Shown: piece by piece, positions 1 through 9,969 of the stretch
Layout of the letters: each line of letters starts with the position of its first letter
Numbering within the stretch: the first letter of the stretch is position 1
Source of the DNA: an uncultured Pseudomonadales bacterium
GTDB taxonomy: Bacteria; Patescibacteriota; Microgenomatia; UBA1400; PJMF01
Direction: 5' to 3'
Assembly (NCBI GenBank): GCA_964511345.1
Contig: CAZEEV010000001.1
Location: 72,089 to 136,088 of the forward strand
Length of the DNA stretch: 64,000 nucleotides
Position numbers and translations under genes: made by a program
The notes under the pieces: generated by a model
Seen by the model: only the letters and a program-made list of their open reading frames with translations
What the model was told of the DNA's origin: nothing
Database searches by the model: none

Positions 1-546
1 TCTAAACAACGCCTTAATTTATTAAAAGCTGTGTTTTCAGAGGTTGAAGTAGAGCCAGCTAATCTTGATGAGTCAGCCGTGCCTTTTTCTAATCAATATA
101 ATAAAGCAGAGCAAATTGCTTTAGCCAAAGCTCTGAAGGTAGCCAGAAGTCATTCAGATGCCATTGTTGTAGCGGCTGACACTTTTTGTTATTTGCAGGG
201 CAGAATCTTAGAAAAACCTAAGACTCTTACTGAAGCCAGGGAAATGTTACATTTTCAATCAGACCAGGAAATAGAAGTGCTCACTGGTTATGCTTTTTTA
301 GATACTCAATCTAAATTACAGAAGAGCGGATACGAGAGGGTTATGGTGAAAATGCGTCATCTAAGTGACAGTGAAATTGAAAAATATATCACCACCGAAC
401 CAGTACTCACTTGGTCAGCAGCTTTTTCACCAGCTTATGATAGCGGTATGGCCTTAATAGAAAGCATTAATGGTAATCTAACGGCTTTTAGTCATGGTTT
501 ACCGATTAATTTGCTGATGGATTTTTTAGGCGTAAATCAAAAATAA
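1..546 (+). CDS. maf: Maf-like nucleoside triphosphate pyrophosphatase / septum formation protein; 5' end truncated by window edge (listed GTG at 31 is internal)
   Basis: Reading frame is open from nt 1 (SKQRLNLLKA...). Maf-family motifs AADTF, GRILEKP, EAREML, VLTGYAF, GLPINLL are present. Confidence 0.8.
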   Translation, partial: SKQRLNLLKAVFSEVEVEPANLDESAVPFSNQYNKAEQIALAKALKVARSHSDAIVVAADTFCYLQGRILEKPKTLTEAREMLHFQSDQEIEVLTGYAFLDTQSKLQKSGYERVMVKMRHLSDSEIEKYITTEPVLTWSAAFSPAYDSGMALIESINGNLTAFSHGLPINLLMDFLGVNQK

Positions 547-1518
547 AACTAGCAAAAACCAGACAAATACAGTAATTAATAAAGGTTTGTCTTTCAGTAA
601 AATATCTTCTGGCGCTTCACCTTTATTTTCTTCATAGATTAATTGTAAATATCTCATCACTCCAAAAATCACGAATGGTAGAGTGAGCATTAATAGTTTT
701 TGAGACTGTAGGGTTTTAGGTAGAATGAAATACAGTTCTGGAAATTTTTCGTAAAGTAAATTGACACCTTGGCTAGTGTAACTTTGAAAAGTGAAAATGG
801 CGTAGGTTAACCAAGTAGAAGTGGCAAAAACAGCCGTATATTGATCTAATAATCTCTGGCTATATTTTTTTAAACTTAGTCTGGCAAATTCGACGTGATT
901 ATTACTAAGTAAAGTTCGCTCACTTTGTCTTTTACCCACTGCCATAAACAAAGATACGGAAATAACTGTTAATAAAAACCAAACGTTCATATGCAAATTG
1001 ACCACCACTGCGCCAGCATAAACCCTAATGAGAAAACCCAGAGCAATGACGATGATGTCAAAAATGGCATAGTGCTTGAGCTTACTGGAATAGATAGTTT
1101 GTAAAACAAAATAAGCAAAAACTAAGATTTTGAAAAAATCTGGTAATTGTAGTGATAATAAAAACACCAAAGCTAAACCACTTACGGCACTAAAAATAGC
1201 GATGGGAATCGGTAATTTTCCAGAGGCAAGAGGACGATTTTTTTTGAAAGGATGCTTGCGATCGGATTGGATATCAAAAAGGTCATTAACAACATAAATA
1301 CTAGAAGTCAAAATACAAAAAATGACAAAAGCGTAAGTCACGATTAAAAAATAAGGAGCCTGGCCACTTTCTTGATAAAAGAAAAAACCAGAAAAGACTA
1401 AAGCTGCATAAACGGCAAAATTCTTAAGCCATTGTTTAGGGCGAAAAGATTTAATTAAAAGAAAAATTAAATTATCCATTTTGCTTAATTTTACTATATA
1501 CCAAAAAAGCGAAAACAA
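526..1518 (-). CDS. UbiA-family polyprenyl-phosphate transferase, decaprenyl-phosphate phosphoribosyltransferase (DPPR synthase)-like
   Basis: Polytopic membrane protein with motifs NDLFDIQSDRKHP (NDxxDxxxD), RPLASG and a second FDIIVIA Asp-rich motif. Confidence 0.7.
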   Translation of the reverse strand: MFSLFWYIVKLSKMDNLIFLLIKSFRPKQWLKNFAVYAALVFSGFFFYQESGQAPYFLIVTYAFVIFCILTSSIYVVNDLFDIQSDRKHPFKKNRPLASGKLPIPIAIFSAVSGLALVFLLSLQLPDFFKILVFAYFVLQTIYSSKLKHYAIFDIIVIALGFLIRVYAGAVVVNLHMNVWFLLTVISVSLFMAVGKRQSERTLLSNNHVEFARLSLKKYSQRLLDQYTAVFATSTWLTYAIFTFQSYTSQGVNLLYEKFPELYFILPKTLQSQKLLMLTLPFVIFGVMRYLQLIYEENKGEAPEDILLKDKPLLITVFVWFLLVLFLIYA

Positions 1519-2521
1519 TACAGGAAGTTACTAAAATGGTAATAATTTTACCAACTGTTCCCAGATACAGTGATAGAAATCCAAGTCCAGCACTACTTAG
1601 AATGTAGAAAACTGCTATCCTTCTTCTACCCCATCCATAATAGTCCATTAGTTTATGATGTAGATGACCTCTATCACCCCAAAAAGGAGATTTTCCAGCA
1701 ATAATGCGCCTAATAATGGCAAAGACGCCATCGGCTGTAGGAATAGCTAAAACCATTAAAGTGGTAGCTACTTTAGCTCCAGACAAAATAGCTAAAATAC
1801 TCAGAAAATAGCCAGCTAAAGAACCAGCTCCGTAACCAGGCATAATTTTTTGTGGATAGAAATTCCAAACCAAGAGTCCGGCAAAGGCTCCGGAAACAAT
1901 GAATGCTAAATTAGCGACATTGAATTGAGTCGGGTTATCAGCAAAACGATTGGCTAAAATAGCTATAAAAATACATGATACTGCAACAAATCCTGGTAGT
2001 TGGCCATCAACACCTTTAGCCCAATTAATGATGTTCATATTCCATATGATAAAAAACACCGCAAATAAACTAGATAAAATCCAGATTGTTCGATTCTCCC
2101 CAAATAGATACAAATTCAATTGTGGTTGATCGAGGTGGATCACTCCCGGTCCAAAGGGGTTACTTACATAGGCAATGCCAATACCTGCGCCAACAACGAT
2201 TAGACTAGCTAATAAGCCAGTGAAAAGTCTGATATAAGGATTAAGATCAAAAATATCATCGATGAAGCCAACTAAAGTGAGTAAGGTTGCTCCTAAGAAA
2301 ATCGCCAATAAGTACCTATCGAAATCTAAAATTAAAAGCGCTCCCACTAAGGTAGCCAGAAAAATAACTAAGCCTCCTCCTCTTGGTACTGCTCTAGAAT
2401 GAGTTTTTTTAACATGTTGATTTTTTTGAGGATCATCTAGCCAATGATAGCGACGATAGAAACGAATAATGAAAGGAGTGATAAACAAAGCTAATAAAAA
2501 ACTACTTAAGAAAGACCACAT
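1472..2521 (-). CDS. Glycosyltransferase family 4 polyprenyl-phosphate sugar-1-phosphate transferase (MraY/WecA family)
   Basis: Around 10 TM segments. Contains DDxxD-like FIDDIFDL motif and HxxKK...PRGGG cytoplasmic loop (HVKKTHSRAVPRGGG) typical of MraY/WecA. Confidence 0.7.
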   Translation of the reverse strand: MWSFLSSFLLALFITPFIIRFYRRYHWLDDPQKNQHVKKTHSRAVPRGGGLVIFLATLVGALLILDFDRYLLAIFLGATLLTLVGFIDDIFDLNPYIRLFTGLLASLIVVGAGIGIAYVSNPFGPGVIHLDQPQLNLYLFGENRTIWILSSLFAVFFIIWNMNIINWAKGVDGQLPGFVAVSCIFIAILANRFADNPTQFNVANLAFIVSGAFAGLLVWNFYPQKIMPGYGAGSLAGYFLSILAILSGAKVATTLMVLAIPTADGVFAIIRRIIAGKSPFWGDRGHLHHKLMDYYGWGRRRIAVFYILSSAGLGFLSLYLGTVGKIITILVTSCIVFAFLVYSKIKQNG

Positions 2522-2901
2522 TAAGAAACTATTATAATGATTCTCAGTAAAATCGCCAAAAGCAAAACTTGCAATAAAAGAGTCATTTTAATGAACATTC
2601 TTAAAATGTTGTCATTAATTTCTTTTTCAATGTAGACGATGATGAAGTGGGCAAGGTTAATTAGAGTTGCAATAATTGGTAAGATGAAAATAAATTTTTT
2701 GTTAGCCAATTGCTGATCACTAGAGAGAGAATAAAAAAGTGGTATTTCTTTTTGCAGAGAAAAATAAAAAATTACTACAAGCAATATAGAAATAAGATTA
2801 AAAACAATAGCAGCTAAGCCCATAGGACGTAAGCTTTTTGGTAGAAATTTTAGATAACGAATCCCAGTTTTCTTTTTTTCAGTTTTAAAAGTCAATTCCA
2901 T
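2521..2901 (-). CDS. Small polytopic membrane protein, hypothetical
   Basis: ORF with 3-4 hydrophobic helices, positioned between the GT4 and GT-C genes and overlapping the GT4 gene end. Confidence 0.4.
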   Translation of the reverse strand: MELTFKTEKKKTGIRYLKFLPKSLRPMGLAAIVFNLISILLVVIFYFSLQKEIPLFYSLSSDQQLANKKFIFILPIIATLINLAHFIIVYIEKEINDNILRMFIKMTLLLQVLLLAILLRIIIIVS

Positions 2902-2914
2902 GATTTAACTTTCA

Positions 2915-4507
2915 TTATCGCTTCAGATAAAGAATCATATGCTGAAAATCATTATTGGCAAGATAATAATTTTCCAGATACTCTTCTAGTTTTGGAAAGC
3001 GTTCTTGCTCATTTTTCATTATGATAATTAATTTAGGATTTTCTTTTTCAATCTGCGCAAAAGTGCGATCTTGATCATCAAAGTCTTTAATGTGGAAAGA
3101 AACCGTGAAACGAGAAGTGGGAATAGCCTGACTTTGAGCATAAAGTAGAGGATTAGTGCCCCAAATAAACATTTTTTTGATACCCATATCTTTGATTAGC
3201 TTACTTACCTGACGATTTTCTTCAACTAAAGAGTCAAAAGAGTTTTCATATTCTTCTTTACTAATTTGCAGAGTCGCATATTTATAGAATTGCTTGTAAT
3301 ATTTGGCACTCGAATATGGTCTGAAATTTAAACTCAACATCACATAGGCGGTCAATAACAATAAGCCACCGCTGATAATTAGTGCTTTAGCGGTATGTAA
3401 GATCTTTTTTTTCTTGATTTCTTTAAGAGTAATAAATAAATCAACTAGTAATAAAGCCAATGGAGGGACCATCTGAATGAAGTAATGTGGATATGGTCGG
3501 CTAGATAATAAGACAGAATAAAGAGTAAAGACAAAGTATAGACTGATAAATTGAAATCTTTTCTTTAACTTGTCGTTATTTAAAGAAACAAGAATAAAAA
3601 TAGCAAATAAAATAATAGTCTTGCCAGTCATGCTAAAAGCAAAATTAATCAGGCTGTTTCCAAAATCTAGTGGCCAAGATTGGCTATAACGCAGATTATA
3701 GAGCAAGCCATAGTCAAGATAGTCTTGACCTTGTCCTTTGGCGACGAAATAAATTACAGAAAATATTATTGGCAATAATAATCCAGCTCCGAAGAAAAGT
3801 CCTCTATTGAGCAGATAAAAGAAAGTTGTCCTAAATTGTTTTAGATTACTTTTTACGTCAAAGAAAGTGGTTACTAAAATTAGCCAAAAAATAGACAAAA
3901 ATCCAGCCACATCAAGTAAAGCTGGTACTTTAGTTAGAATACCGAGGCCCATTATAAAACCCGCTACCAGTAAGAGCGCCCCGTCTCCCAAGGTTTTATT
4001 AATGGTTATTTCTTTTTTGAAAAAATTAACAAAAATAGAGCTTTTACTAAACAAGATGGCTCCAAGCATAACAAAGCCCATAACAAACAATTCTCCATTG
4101 GGAATATTGCCTTCAAGCCATGGGAGAGTAGTTAAAATAACTAAAATTAAACTTGCTAAAAAAGCCCAGCGTTCTTTTTTAAATAATTTTTTGGCAAAGA
4201 TAAAGAAAAAAGAAGTGGTGAACAACATCCAAACTAGATTAAGGATACGAAAATAAAATTGATTTGGCACCATGGCCAAGTAATAGATCAGTGGGGTTTT
4301 GTGATCAATAATAGTAGTGTAAAGTTGCTCGCCATTTCTCAATGCATTTCCCAAAGTGAGATAAATAGCTTCATCTCCGTACCAGTAAGGTTCAAAAAAA
4401 TTAGGTAAACGCAAAAAAATAATTAACACCAAGAGTATCAGGAGTGGGGTTTGACGATCTAAAAAACGATCAACTTTTTTAAAAAGAGAAATTAGTTTCA
4501 TACGCAA
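2915..4507 (-). CDS. GT-C fold membrane glycosyltransferase (GT39/GT83, ArnT/PMT-like)
   Basis: N-terminal motif EPYWYGDEAIY after the first TM (PMT/ArnT DE-loop), around 11 TM helices, 530 aa. Confidence 0.65.
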   Translation of the reverse strand: MRMKLISLFKKVDRFLDRQTPLLILLVLIIFLRLPNFFEPYWYGDEAIYLTLGNALRNGEQLYTTIIDHKTPLIYYLAMVPNQFYFRILNLVWMLFTTSFFFIFAKKLFKKERWAFLASLILVILTTLPWLEGNIPNGELFVMGFVMLGAILFSKSSIFVNFFKKEITINKTLGDGALLLVAGFIMGLGILTKVPALLDVAGFLSIFWLILVTTFFDVKSNLKQFRTTFFYLLNRGLFFGAGLLLPIIFSVIYFVAKGQGQDYLDYGLLYNLRYSQSWPLDFGNSLINFAFSMTGKTIILFAIFILVSLNNDKLKKRFQFISLYFVFTLYSVLLSSRPYPHYFIQMVPPLALLLVDLFITLKEIKKKKILHTAKALIISGGLLLLTAYVMLSLNFRPYSSAKYYKQFYKYATLQISKEEYENSFDSLVEENRQVSKLIKDMGIKKMFIWGTNPLLYAQSQAIPTSRFTVSFHIKDFDDQDRTFAQIEKENPKLIIIMKNEQERFPKLEEYLENYYLANNDFQHMILYLKR

Positions 4508-4549
4508 TCATTTTATCTTGTTTTTTCCAATAAAAGCAAGCGAACAAGT

Positions 4550-6046
4550 CTAAACTTTTTCTGTGACTTTATATTCCATGTATTTGCCGAGCATGAGTCT
4601 AGTGTGAGCATCTATGCCTGGCAGAGCGGAAAAAAAGAAACCAATGATGGGAATCAGAATAAATTCAAGGGGTTGGATAACATAGGAGAGAATATTTCTT
4701 CCATTTTCTCTTTTGGGTCGATTATTGCTATCAATTAAGAAAATCGTAATCATGGAAATTAAGGACAAAGTCAATAAAGTAGAAGTAACTTGTGGCAAGG
4801 TTTTGCCAATAATCGTGCGAGTGAATTGATCGTTAAGTAGTGGTGGGAGCATAGCTGAGATGGTGACAGCGAACCAGTTTACAGGCCACAGGAAATGATC
4901 TTCAATAACTTTCAAGACACGGATAGTTTTGTCCCAAAAAGGAATTCCTTCAGTTAATACATATTGTCTGATTACATAAGCATCATCACTAACACCCCAA
5001 GCCCAACGTTTAATTTGTTCATATTGGTTGTGCATTGTTCTCCAAAAGCCATTGGATTGCACAGCATCAGCATAAATGGGCAAAAAAATTGGCTCAACCT
5101 CAAAATCACCTTTTTTAGCAAAATAAGATTTGAAAAATAAACGATAGTCTTCAGGAATTACGTCAGTGTCCCAGTAGCCAATGTCTTCAACATGTTTAAG
5201 GGTGGTGGAATAAGTGGAAAAATTAATCAAACGATCGCGACGAGACAAAATATAAATTTGAGTGACTGATTGAATGGCCGCTAAAACACGAATGGGAGCG
5301 GGTACTTTCCAGATATTGTTATAAAAACTAATCCCTCCTTGCCAACTACGATTATAAGGCTTGTCACTAGTTAAAAATAAATAAGTAAGATGAGAAAAAT
5401 AGTGAGGGTGAAAAATAGCATCAGCATCTTCACTGGTAATAGTAATGTTTTCGATAGGTATACCTGCTTGATCAACTAATAATTTCTTAGCAGCCTTGGC
5501 ACCATAACAAGTGTTGGAGGATTTGCCTTTAATTTCTCCAACAATGTCCGGATGTTTGCTAACCCACAAATGACCGAACTGTTTACCAAACTTTTTTTGC
5601 AAGGCAGCGGCTTTATCATCAACAATTTTGCCTTCTCTCTCTTCAAAAGAAAGCATGACATGGATATTTTTATTTGGAAAAGTTTGTTTGGTTAAGCCGG
5701 TCAGAGTTCTTTCCAAAGTAGAAATTGGTTCTTGGTAAGTGGGAATGACGATGATGTGGTGAATTTCATGATATTTTTTTGGAAAAAGTTTTTTTAATGT
5801 TGGCAAATAATCATATTTACTAAAGGCTTTAATTTTAAAGTGAGAAATAGTTGCAAAAAAAGTTAAAGCGAGGGAGCGATACAACCAATAAACAGCAAAA
5901 ATAATGACGTAATATGCAACCATTTGTGGAATTAACAAAGACCCCCAAATCGGAAAAAGAATGAAGAACCAAGAAAACAATCCAGGCAAAATTTCTAAGG
6001 CTCGTTTAGTGCGGATTGGATGGCGGCGAAAATATCTTTTGACCAT
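4550..6046 (-). CDS. Processive GT2 membrane glycosyltransferase (cellulose/chitin-synthase-like)
   Basis: GT2 A-domain start HIIVIPTYQEP, DxD as SEDADAI, QxxRW motif as EQIKRWAWG, flanking TM helices. Confidence 0.7.
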   Translation of the reverse strand: MVKRYFRRHPIRTKRALEILPGLFSWFFILFPIWGSLLIPQMVAYYVIIFAVYWLYRSLALTFFATISHFKIKAFSKYDYLPTLKKLFPKKYHEIHHIIVIPTYQEPISTLERTLTGLTKQTFPNKNIHVMLSFEEREGKIVDDKAAALQKKFGKQFGHLWVSKHPDIVGEIKGKSSNTCYGAKAAKKLLVDQAGIPIENITITSEDADAIFHPHYFSHLTYLFLTSDKPYNRSWQGGISFYNNIWKVPAPIRVLAAIQSVTQIYILSRRDRLINFSTYSTTLKHVEDIGYWDTDVIPEDYRLFFKSYFAKKGDFEVEPIFLPIYADAVQSNGFWRTMHNQYEQIKRWAWGVSDDAYVIRQYVLTEGIPFWDKTIRVLKVIEDHFLWPVNWFAVTISAMLPPLLNDQFTRTIIGKTLPQVTSTLLTLSLISMITIFLIDSNNRPKRENGRNILSYVIQPLEFILIPIIGFFFSALPGIDAHTRLMLGKYMEYKVTEKV

Positions 6047-6074
6047 TTTATGTTGTTATTATACCTGATTTCAC

Positions 6075-6938
6075 CTAATTGATATTAAAAGCCCTTAGTG
6101 AGTTTTGATAAATCTCTTCTAGATTAGCATTGAAATTATTTTTCAGATAGGCAGCCGTTTCGGCAATCATATAAGGTTCACAAATTTGTCCCCGATATGG
6201 TTCAGGAGCAAGATAAGGTGAATCTGTTTCCAAGAGAATTTTTTTAGGATCAGCTGTTTGTATCAAAGAGAAAATATCTCTAATATAATCTGCTTTTTTG
6301 AAAGTGATATTCCCATCGAAACCAAAATAGCTATTTTTCATAGTTAGAGCTTCTTTAATATAATCCAATGGTCCAGAAACGCAGTGAAAAATCAGAGAAT
6401 TTTTGAATTGCCAAAATTGTTCAATGAGTTTTAGAGTTTCAAAATAAGCTGCTTCTCCCTGATCTCTAACGTGCAGTACTAAGGGTAGATTTAATTGATT
6501 AGCAAGTTCAATTTGTGCGATAAAGAGTTTTTGTTGTTTTTCTTTGATTTGTTTTATCTCAATGTTGTTTTTAGTTGTTAAATAAAAATGATCCAAACCT
6601 GTCTCACCAATGGCAACAACTTTGTTATTTTGTGCTAGTTCTTTTAATTCGATGACGGCTTGCTCGATTCCATTAACATTATTGATTTCTTCTGGATGAA
6701 TGCCAATCACTGCATAAAGATTTTCATCTTGCTTAGCAATTTCAATAGCTTTTTGACTATGCGCTAAACTTGGTCCCACAATAATACTTTTTTTAATGCC
6801 TGTTTCTTGAGCTTTTTGCCAATGATCCTGCCAGTTTTGAGTGAGAATTGGATCTTGGTTATGGATTTTAAAGTGAGAAACTTGACCGCTATAAAGTGGT
6901 TCTAAATTATAATGGCAATGAGTATCAATAATTGGCAT
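6075..6938 (-). CDS. tatD: TatD-family metal-dependent hydrolase/DNase
   Basis: N-terminus MPIIDTHCHY with TatD His/Glu ligand pattern (GIHPEE, ETGLD, HVRD, LETDSPYLAP). Confidence 0.85.
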   Translation of the reverse strand: MPIIDTHCHYNLEPLYSGQVSHFKIHNQDPILTQNWQDHWQKAQETGIKKSIIVGPSLAHSQKAIEIAKQDENLYAVIGIHPEEINNVNGIEQAVIELKELAQNNKVVAIGETGLDHFYLTTKNNIEIKQIKEKQQKLFIAQIELANQLNLPLVLHVRDQGEAAYFETLKLIEQFWQFKNSLIFHCVSGPLDYIKEALTMKNSYFGFDGNITFKKADYIRDIFSLIQTADPKKILLETDSPYLAPEPYRGQICEPYMIAETAAYLKNNFNANLEEIYQNSLRAFNIN

Positions 6939-8360
6939 TTAAGTTAATCTCGGGAAAAGACCTTCAGTAAAAGCCTTAATGGAACCGCTGAAATGATTTT
7001 TGATTTGTTGAGCGGTCTCTGGCATAAATGGAGTTAGTGCATAGGCAATGTCTCTAATTTTCTGACTAGCTGCTTGTAAAACTAATGCTTTTTCTTGTTC
7101 TGGTAATTTCCATGGAGTTTGAGTTGCTAAAAATTTATCTAAAGAATTAACTAGACTATCAATATATTTCAGAGCTTCGCTAAGATCGTAATTATTCATT
7201 AATTTAGTAAAGTTTTCGTCGATTAAATTTTCTTCTTCAATCATTGTTAGTCCGATTTGTTCTGCCATTTTTGCCACTCTTGAACAAAGATTGCCAATTC
7301 CATTAGCCAAATTAGCGTTATAAAGAATATTTAATTTTTCAAAAGTCACGTCACTATCTTCGCTAAAAGTGCCTAAACTAACTAGTAAATAGCGGGTTGC
7401 ATCTAAACCATAGCGATCAACCATGTCGTTTGGACTAATGACATTTCCAAGAGATTTGCTCATTTTTTGGCCATCAACGCCAATAAAACCGTTGATTAAG
7501 ATTTGTTGAGAATTTGGCAATTGAGCTGATAAGAGCATAGCTTGCCACATAGCTGCTTGTTGGCGCAAATTGTCCTTACCAGCGAGTTGGATACCAGGCC
7601 AAAAATTATTAAATTGTTCTTGATTTTGAGGCCAGTCTAAAGTGGAAATGTAGTTGACTAAGGCATCAAACCAAACATACATCACATGATCCTCATCTCC
7701 AGGAACAGGAATTCCCCAAGGCATATTTTTTTTAAGTCGAGAAATACTAAAGTCTTCCAAACCTGCTTTGACAAAAGCCTTAATTTCATTGAAACGAGTG
7801 GCAGGTTTAACAAAATCAGGACTATTTTCGTAAAGTGCTAATAATTTTTCACCATATTTACTAAAACGGAAAAAATAGTTTTCTTCCTCTCTTAATTCTA
7901 GTTCTTGATTTGGATGAAGTGGACAGCGACCATCAATTAGTTCACTTTCGGTCTTAGCTAACTCACAACCCACGCAATACTTGACCTTGTATTTGGCTTT
8001 ATAAATATCACCACTTTGCTCGCAAAGACGCCAAAATTCTTGAGCAGCTGTAATGTGTTTTTGATCGGTGGTGCGGATAAAATTGGTAAAACTTAAATTC
8101 AATAGTTCTTTTAATTGTAAAAATTTGGCAGCCCATTGATCACAGTATTCTTGAGGTGTAGTATTGAGTTCTTGAGCCTTTTGGTAAATTTTTTGTCCAT
8201 GTTCGTCAGTGCCGGTATTAAAAACAACTTCTTTTTTTAAAATCTCTTTTTGATAACGAGCGATAATGTCTGCTTCAATAATTTCTAAAGCAAAGCCAAT
8301 ATGGGGAGCAGCATTGACGTAAGGTAAAGTAGTAGTGACGTAGAATTTGTTGTCTTGCAT
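6939..8360 (-). CDS. metG: Methionyl-tRNA synthetase, short form without C-terminal tRNA-binding domain
   Basis: YVTTTLPYVNAAPHIGFA (HIGH-region variant) and KMSKSLGNVI. Confidence 0.9.
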   Translation of the reverse strand: MQDNKFYVTTTLPYVNAAPHIGFALEIIEADIIARYQKEILKKEVVFNTGTDEHGQKIYQKAQELNTTPQEYCDQWAAKFLQLKELLNLSFTNFIRTTDQKHITAAQEFWRLCEQSGDIYKAKYKVKYCVGCELAKTESELIDGRCPLHPNQELELREEENYFFRFSKYGEKLLALYENSPDFVKPATRFNEIKAFVKAGLEDFSISRLKKNMPWGIPVPGDEDHVMYVWFDALVNYISTLDWPQNQEQFNNFWPGIQLAGKDNLRQQAAMWQAMLLSAQLPNSQQILINGFIGVDGQKMSKSLGNVISPNDMVDRYGLDATRYLLVSLGTFSEDSDVTFEKLNILYNANLANGIGNLCSRVAKMAEQIGLTMIEEENLIDENFTKLMNNYDLSEALKYIDSLVNSLDKFLATQTPWKLPEQEKALVLQAASQKIRDIAYALTPFMPETAQQIKNHFSGSIKAFTEGLFPRLT

Positions 8361-8402
8361 TGCTGTTTATTATAGAAAACTCAAGGCAGAAAAGCCAGAG
8401 TG

Positions 8403-8807
8403 CTATTTTTTAATTAATTTTTTTAGTTCTCTGAAAAAAGTTAAACAAACTAATGTGGCAGTGGCAATGATGACTGTTAAAACACTTGCAGAGTCAAAAC
8501 TAATTTCGTTTATCTTAAAATAAAGTAATAAATTGATGAAAAAAGCAATAACTACACCAATTTTTTTATTCAAAAAGAGAAAAGTGAAAAAAAAGAAATT
8601 GGCTAAAAATAAAATTAAGAAAAATGGCAAATAGCTATTTTTAAAAATGAAATTTTGAATTTGATTGGGATAAATTTTACTTATTAATAAATAAAGTAAA
8701 AAGTAACCCACTAAAGAAATTAATAAACAGTAGATGTAACTTAAATATTTCTTGAAGAAAGGTGCTTTTTTGGGTTTTAATCTAGATCTGGCTTGGTTCT
8801 GGTCCAT
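8403..8807 (-). CDS. Small membrane protein, hypothetical
   Basis: Hydrophobic ORF with K-rich termini. Confidence 0.4.
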   Translation of the reverse strand: MDQNQARSRLKPKKAPFFKKYLSYIYCLLISLVGYFLLYLLISKIYPNQIQNFIFKNSYLPFFLILFLANFFFFTFLFLNKKIGVVIAFFINLLLYFKINEISFDSASVLTVIIATATLVCLTFFRELKKLIKK

Positions 8808-8829
8808 GTTTCTAGTATACTAATTTTAT

Positions 8830-9969
8830 ATGAATGCGACTACTCTTTTACTTTTAGCTTTATTTTTAATTGCTGTTTTAGCCAGTTTTTATTTTTTGCT
8901 TAAAAAACTTTTAGAAGAAAAAATGGGCAAAAACTCCGATGAACAAATTGAAGGCATGATTCATAAAGTTTTTGGTATGGCTTCCAATGAGATTGCCATT
9001 CAAAGTAAAGGCATCTTGCAAGGTGAAAAAGATTTAATTAAAAACGATCTTTCTAATAAACAGGCTGCTATTGAAAAAATGATTAAGGATCTTCGTCAAG
9101 AAATGGGTGATCAACAAAAAGAAATTCGCTCCATTGAAAAAGAACAAATTGATAAAATTAGCAGTGTCAAAACTGCAGTTGAAGAGCATCGCCAATTAAC
9201 TAAAGAATTAAAGATTTCCACAGAACAATTGGCTAAAGTGTTATCTAATAATCAGACTCGCGGAGCATGGGGAGAACGTATTATTGAAGATTTGTTACAG
9301 GCTAATGGTTTACAAGAAGGGATTCATTATTTACGCCAATCTAAATTAGGCGATTCAAGCATGAAGCCAGATATTACTTTGCTTCTCCCTGATCACCGTA
9401 ATGTGCCTGTTGATGTCAAATTTCCTTACCAAGAAGTACAAAAAATGTCGATGACTGATGATCAAAGTGAAAAACAAAGCCACATTCAGCAATTTAAGAG
9501 AGATTTAAAAATCAAAGTCGATAAAGTTGCAGCTTATATTTCTCCAGAAAACGATACTTTGGATTATGCGATTATGTTTGTGCCAAATGAGGCTTTGTTT
9601 TCTTTTATCAATCAGAAATTTCCGGACATCATCGATGAAGCTTTGGCCAAAAAAGTGATTATTTGTTCGCCTTTTAGTTTCTTGATTGTGGCGCGTACCG
9701 TAATGGAGAGTTATCGTAATTTCATGGTGGGTAAAAAAATTAAAGAAGTCATTAAGCACATTGATGCTTTTGCGACCGAATGGCTTAAATTTGATGACGA
9801 GTTTGGTAAGTTTGGTAGAAGTATTGAAGCCTTGCAGAAGAACTACGAAACGCTATCTACGACTAGAAAAAGACAGATGGAAAAGAAAATTGCTAAGATT
9901 GAACAATATCGCGGTAGCTCCGCAGAGTTATTAGAAGAAGGTGAGAAACCAAAGCTCTTAGCTTCCTAA
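8830..9969 (+). CDS. rmuC: DNA recombination protein RmuC
   Basis: N-terminal TM, long coiled coil, then RmuC core (VDVKFPYQ, IMFVPNEALF). Confidence 0.7.
   Translation: MNATTLLLLALFLIAVLASFYFLLKKLLEEKMGKNSDEQIEGMIHKVFGMASNEIAIQSKGILQGEKDLIKNDLSNKQAAIEKMIKDLRQEMGDQQKEIRSIEKEQIDKISSVKTAVEEHRQLTKELKISTEQLAKVLSNNQTRGAWGERIIEDLLQANGLQEGIHYLRQSKLGDSSMKPDITLLLPDHRNVPVDVKFPYQEVQKMSMTDDQSEKQSHIQQFKRDLKIKVDKVAAYISPENDTLDYAIMFVPNEALFSFINQKFPDIIDEALAKKVIICSPFSFLIVARTVMESYRNFMVGKKIKEVIKHIDAFATEWLKFDDEFGKFGRSIEALQKNYETLSTTRKRQMEKKIAKIEQYRGSSAELLEEGEKPKLLAS

Noticed and set aside
3867-4256. 129-aa plus-strand ORF inside the GT-C gene
   Set aside because: Lies entirely antisense within a well-supported 530-aa membrane protein gene. 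It has low-complexity K/I-rich composition typical of spurious antisense ORFs in AT-rich DNA.
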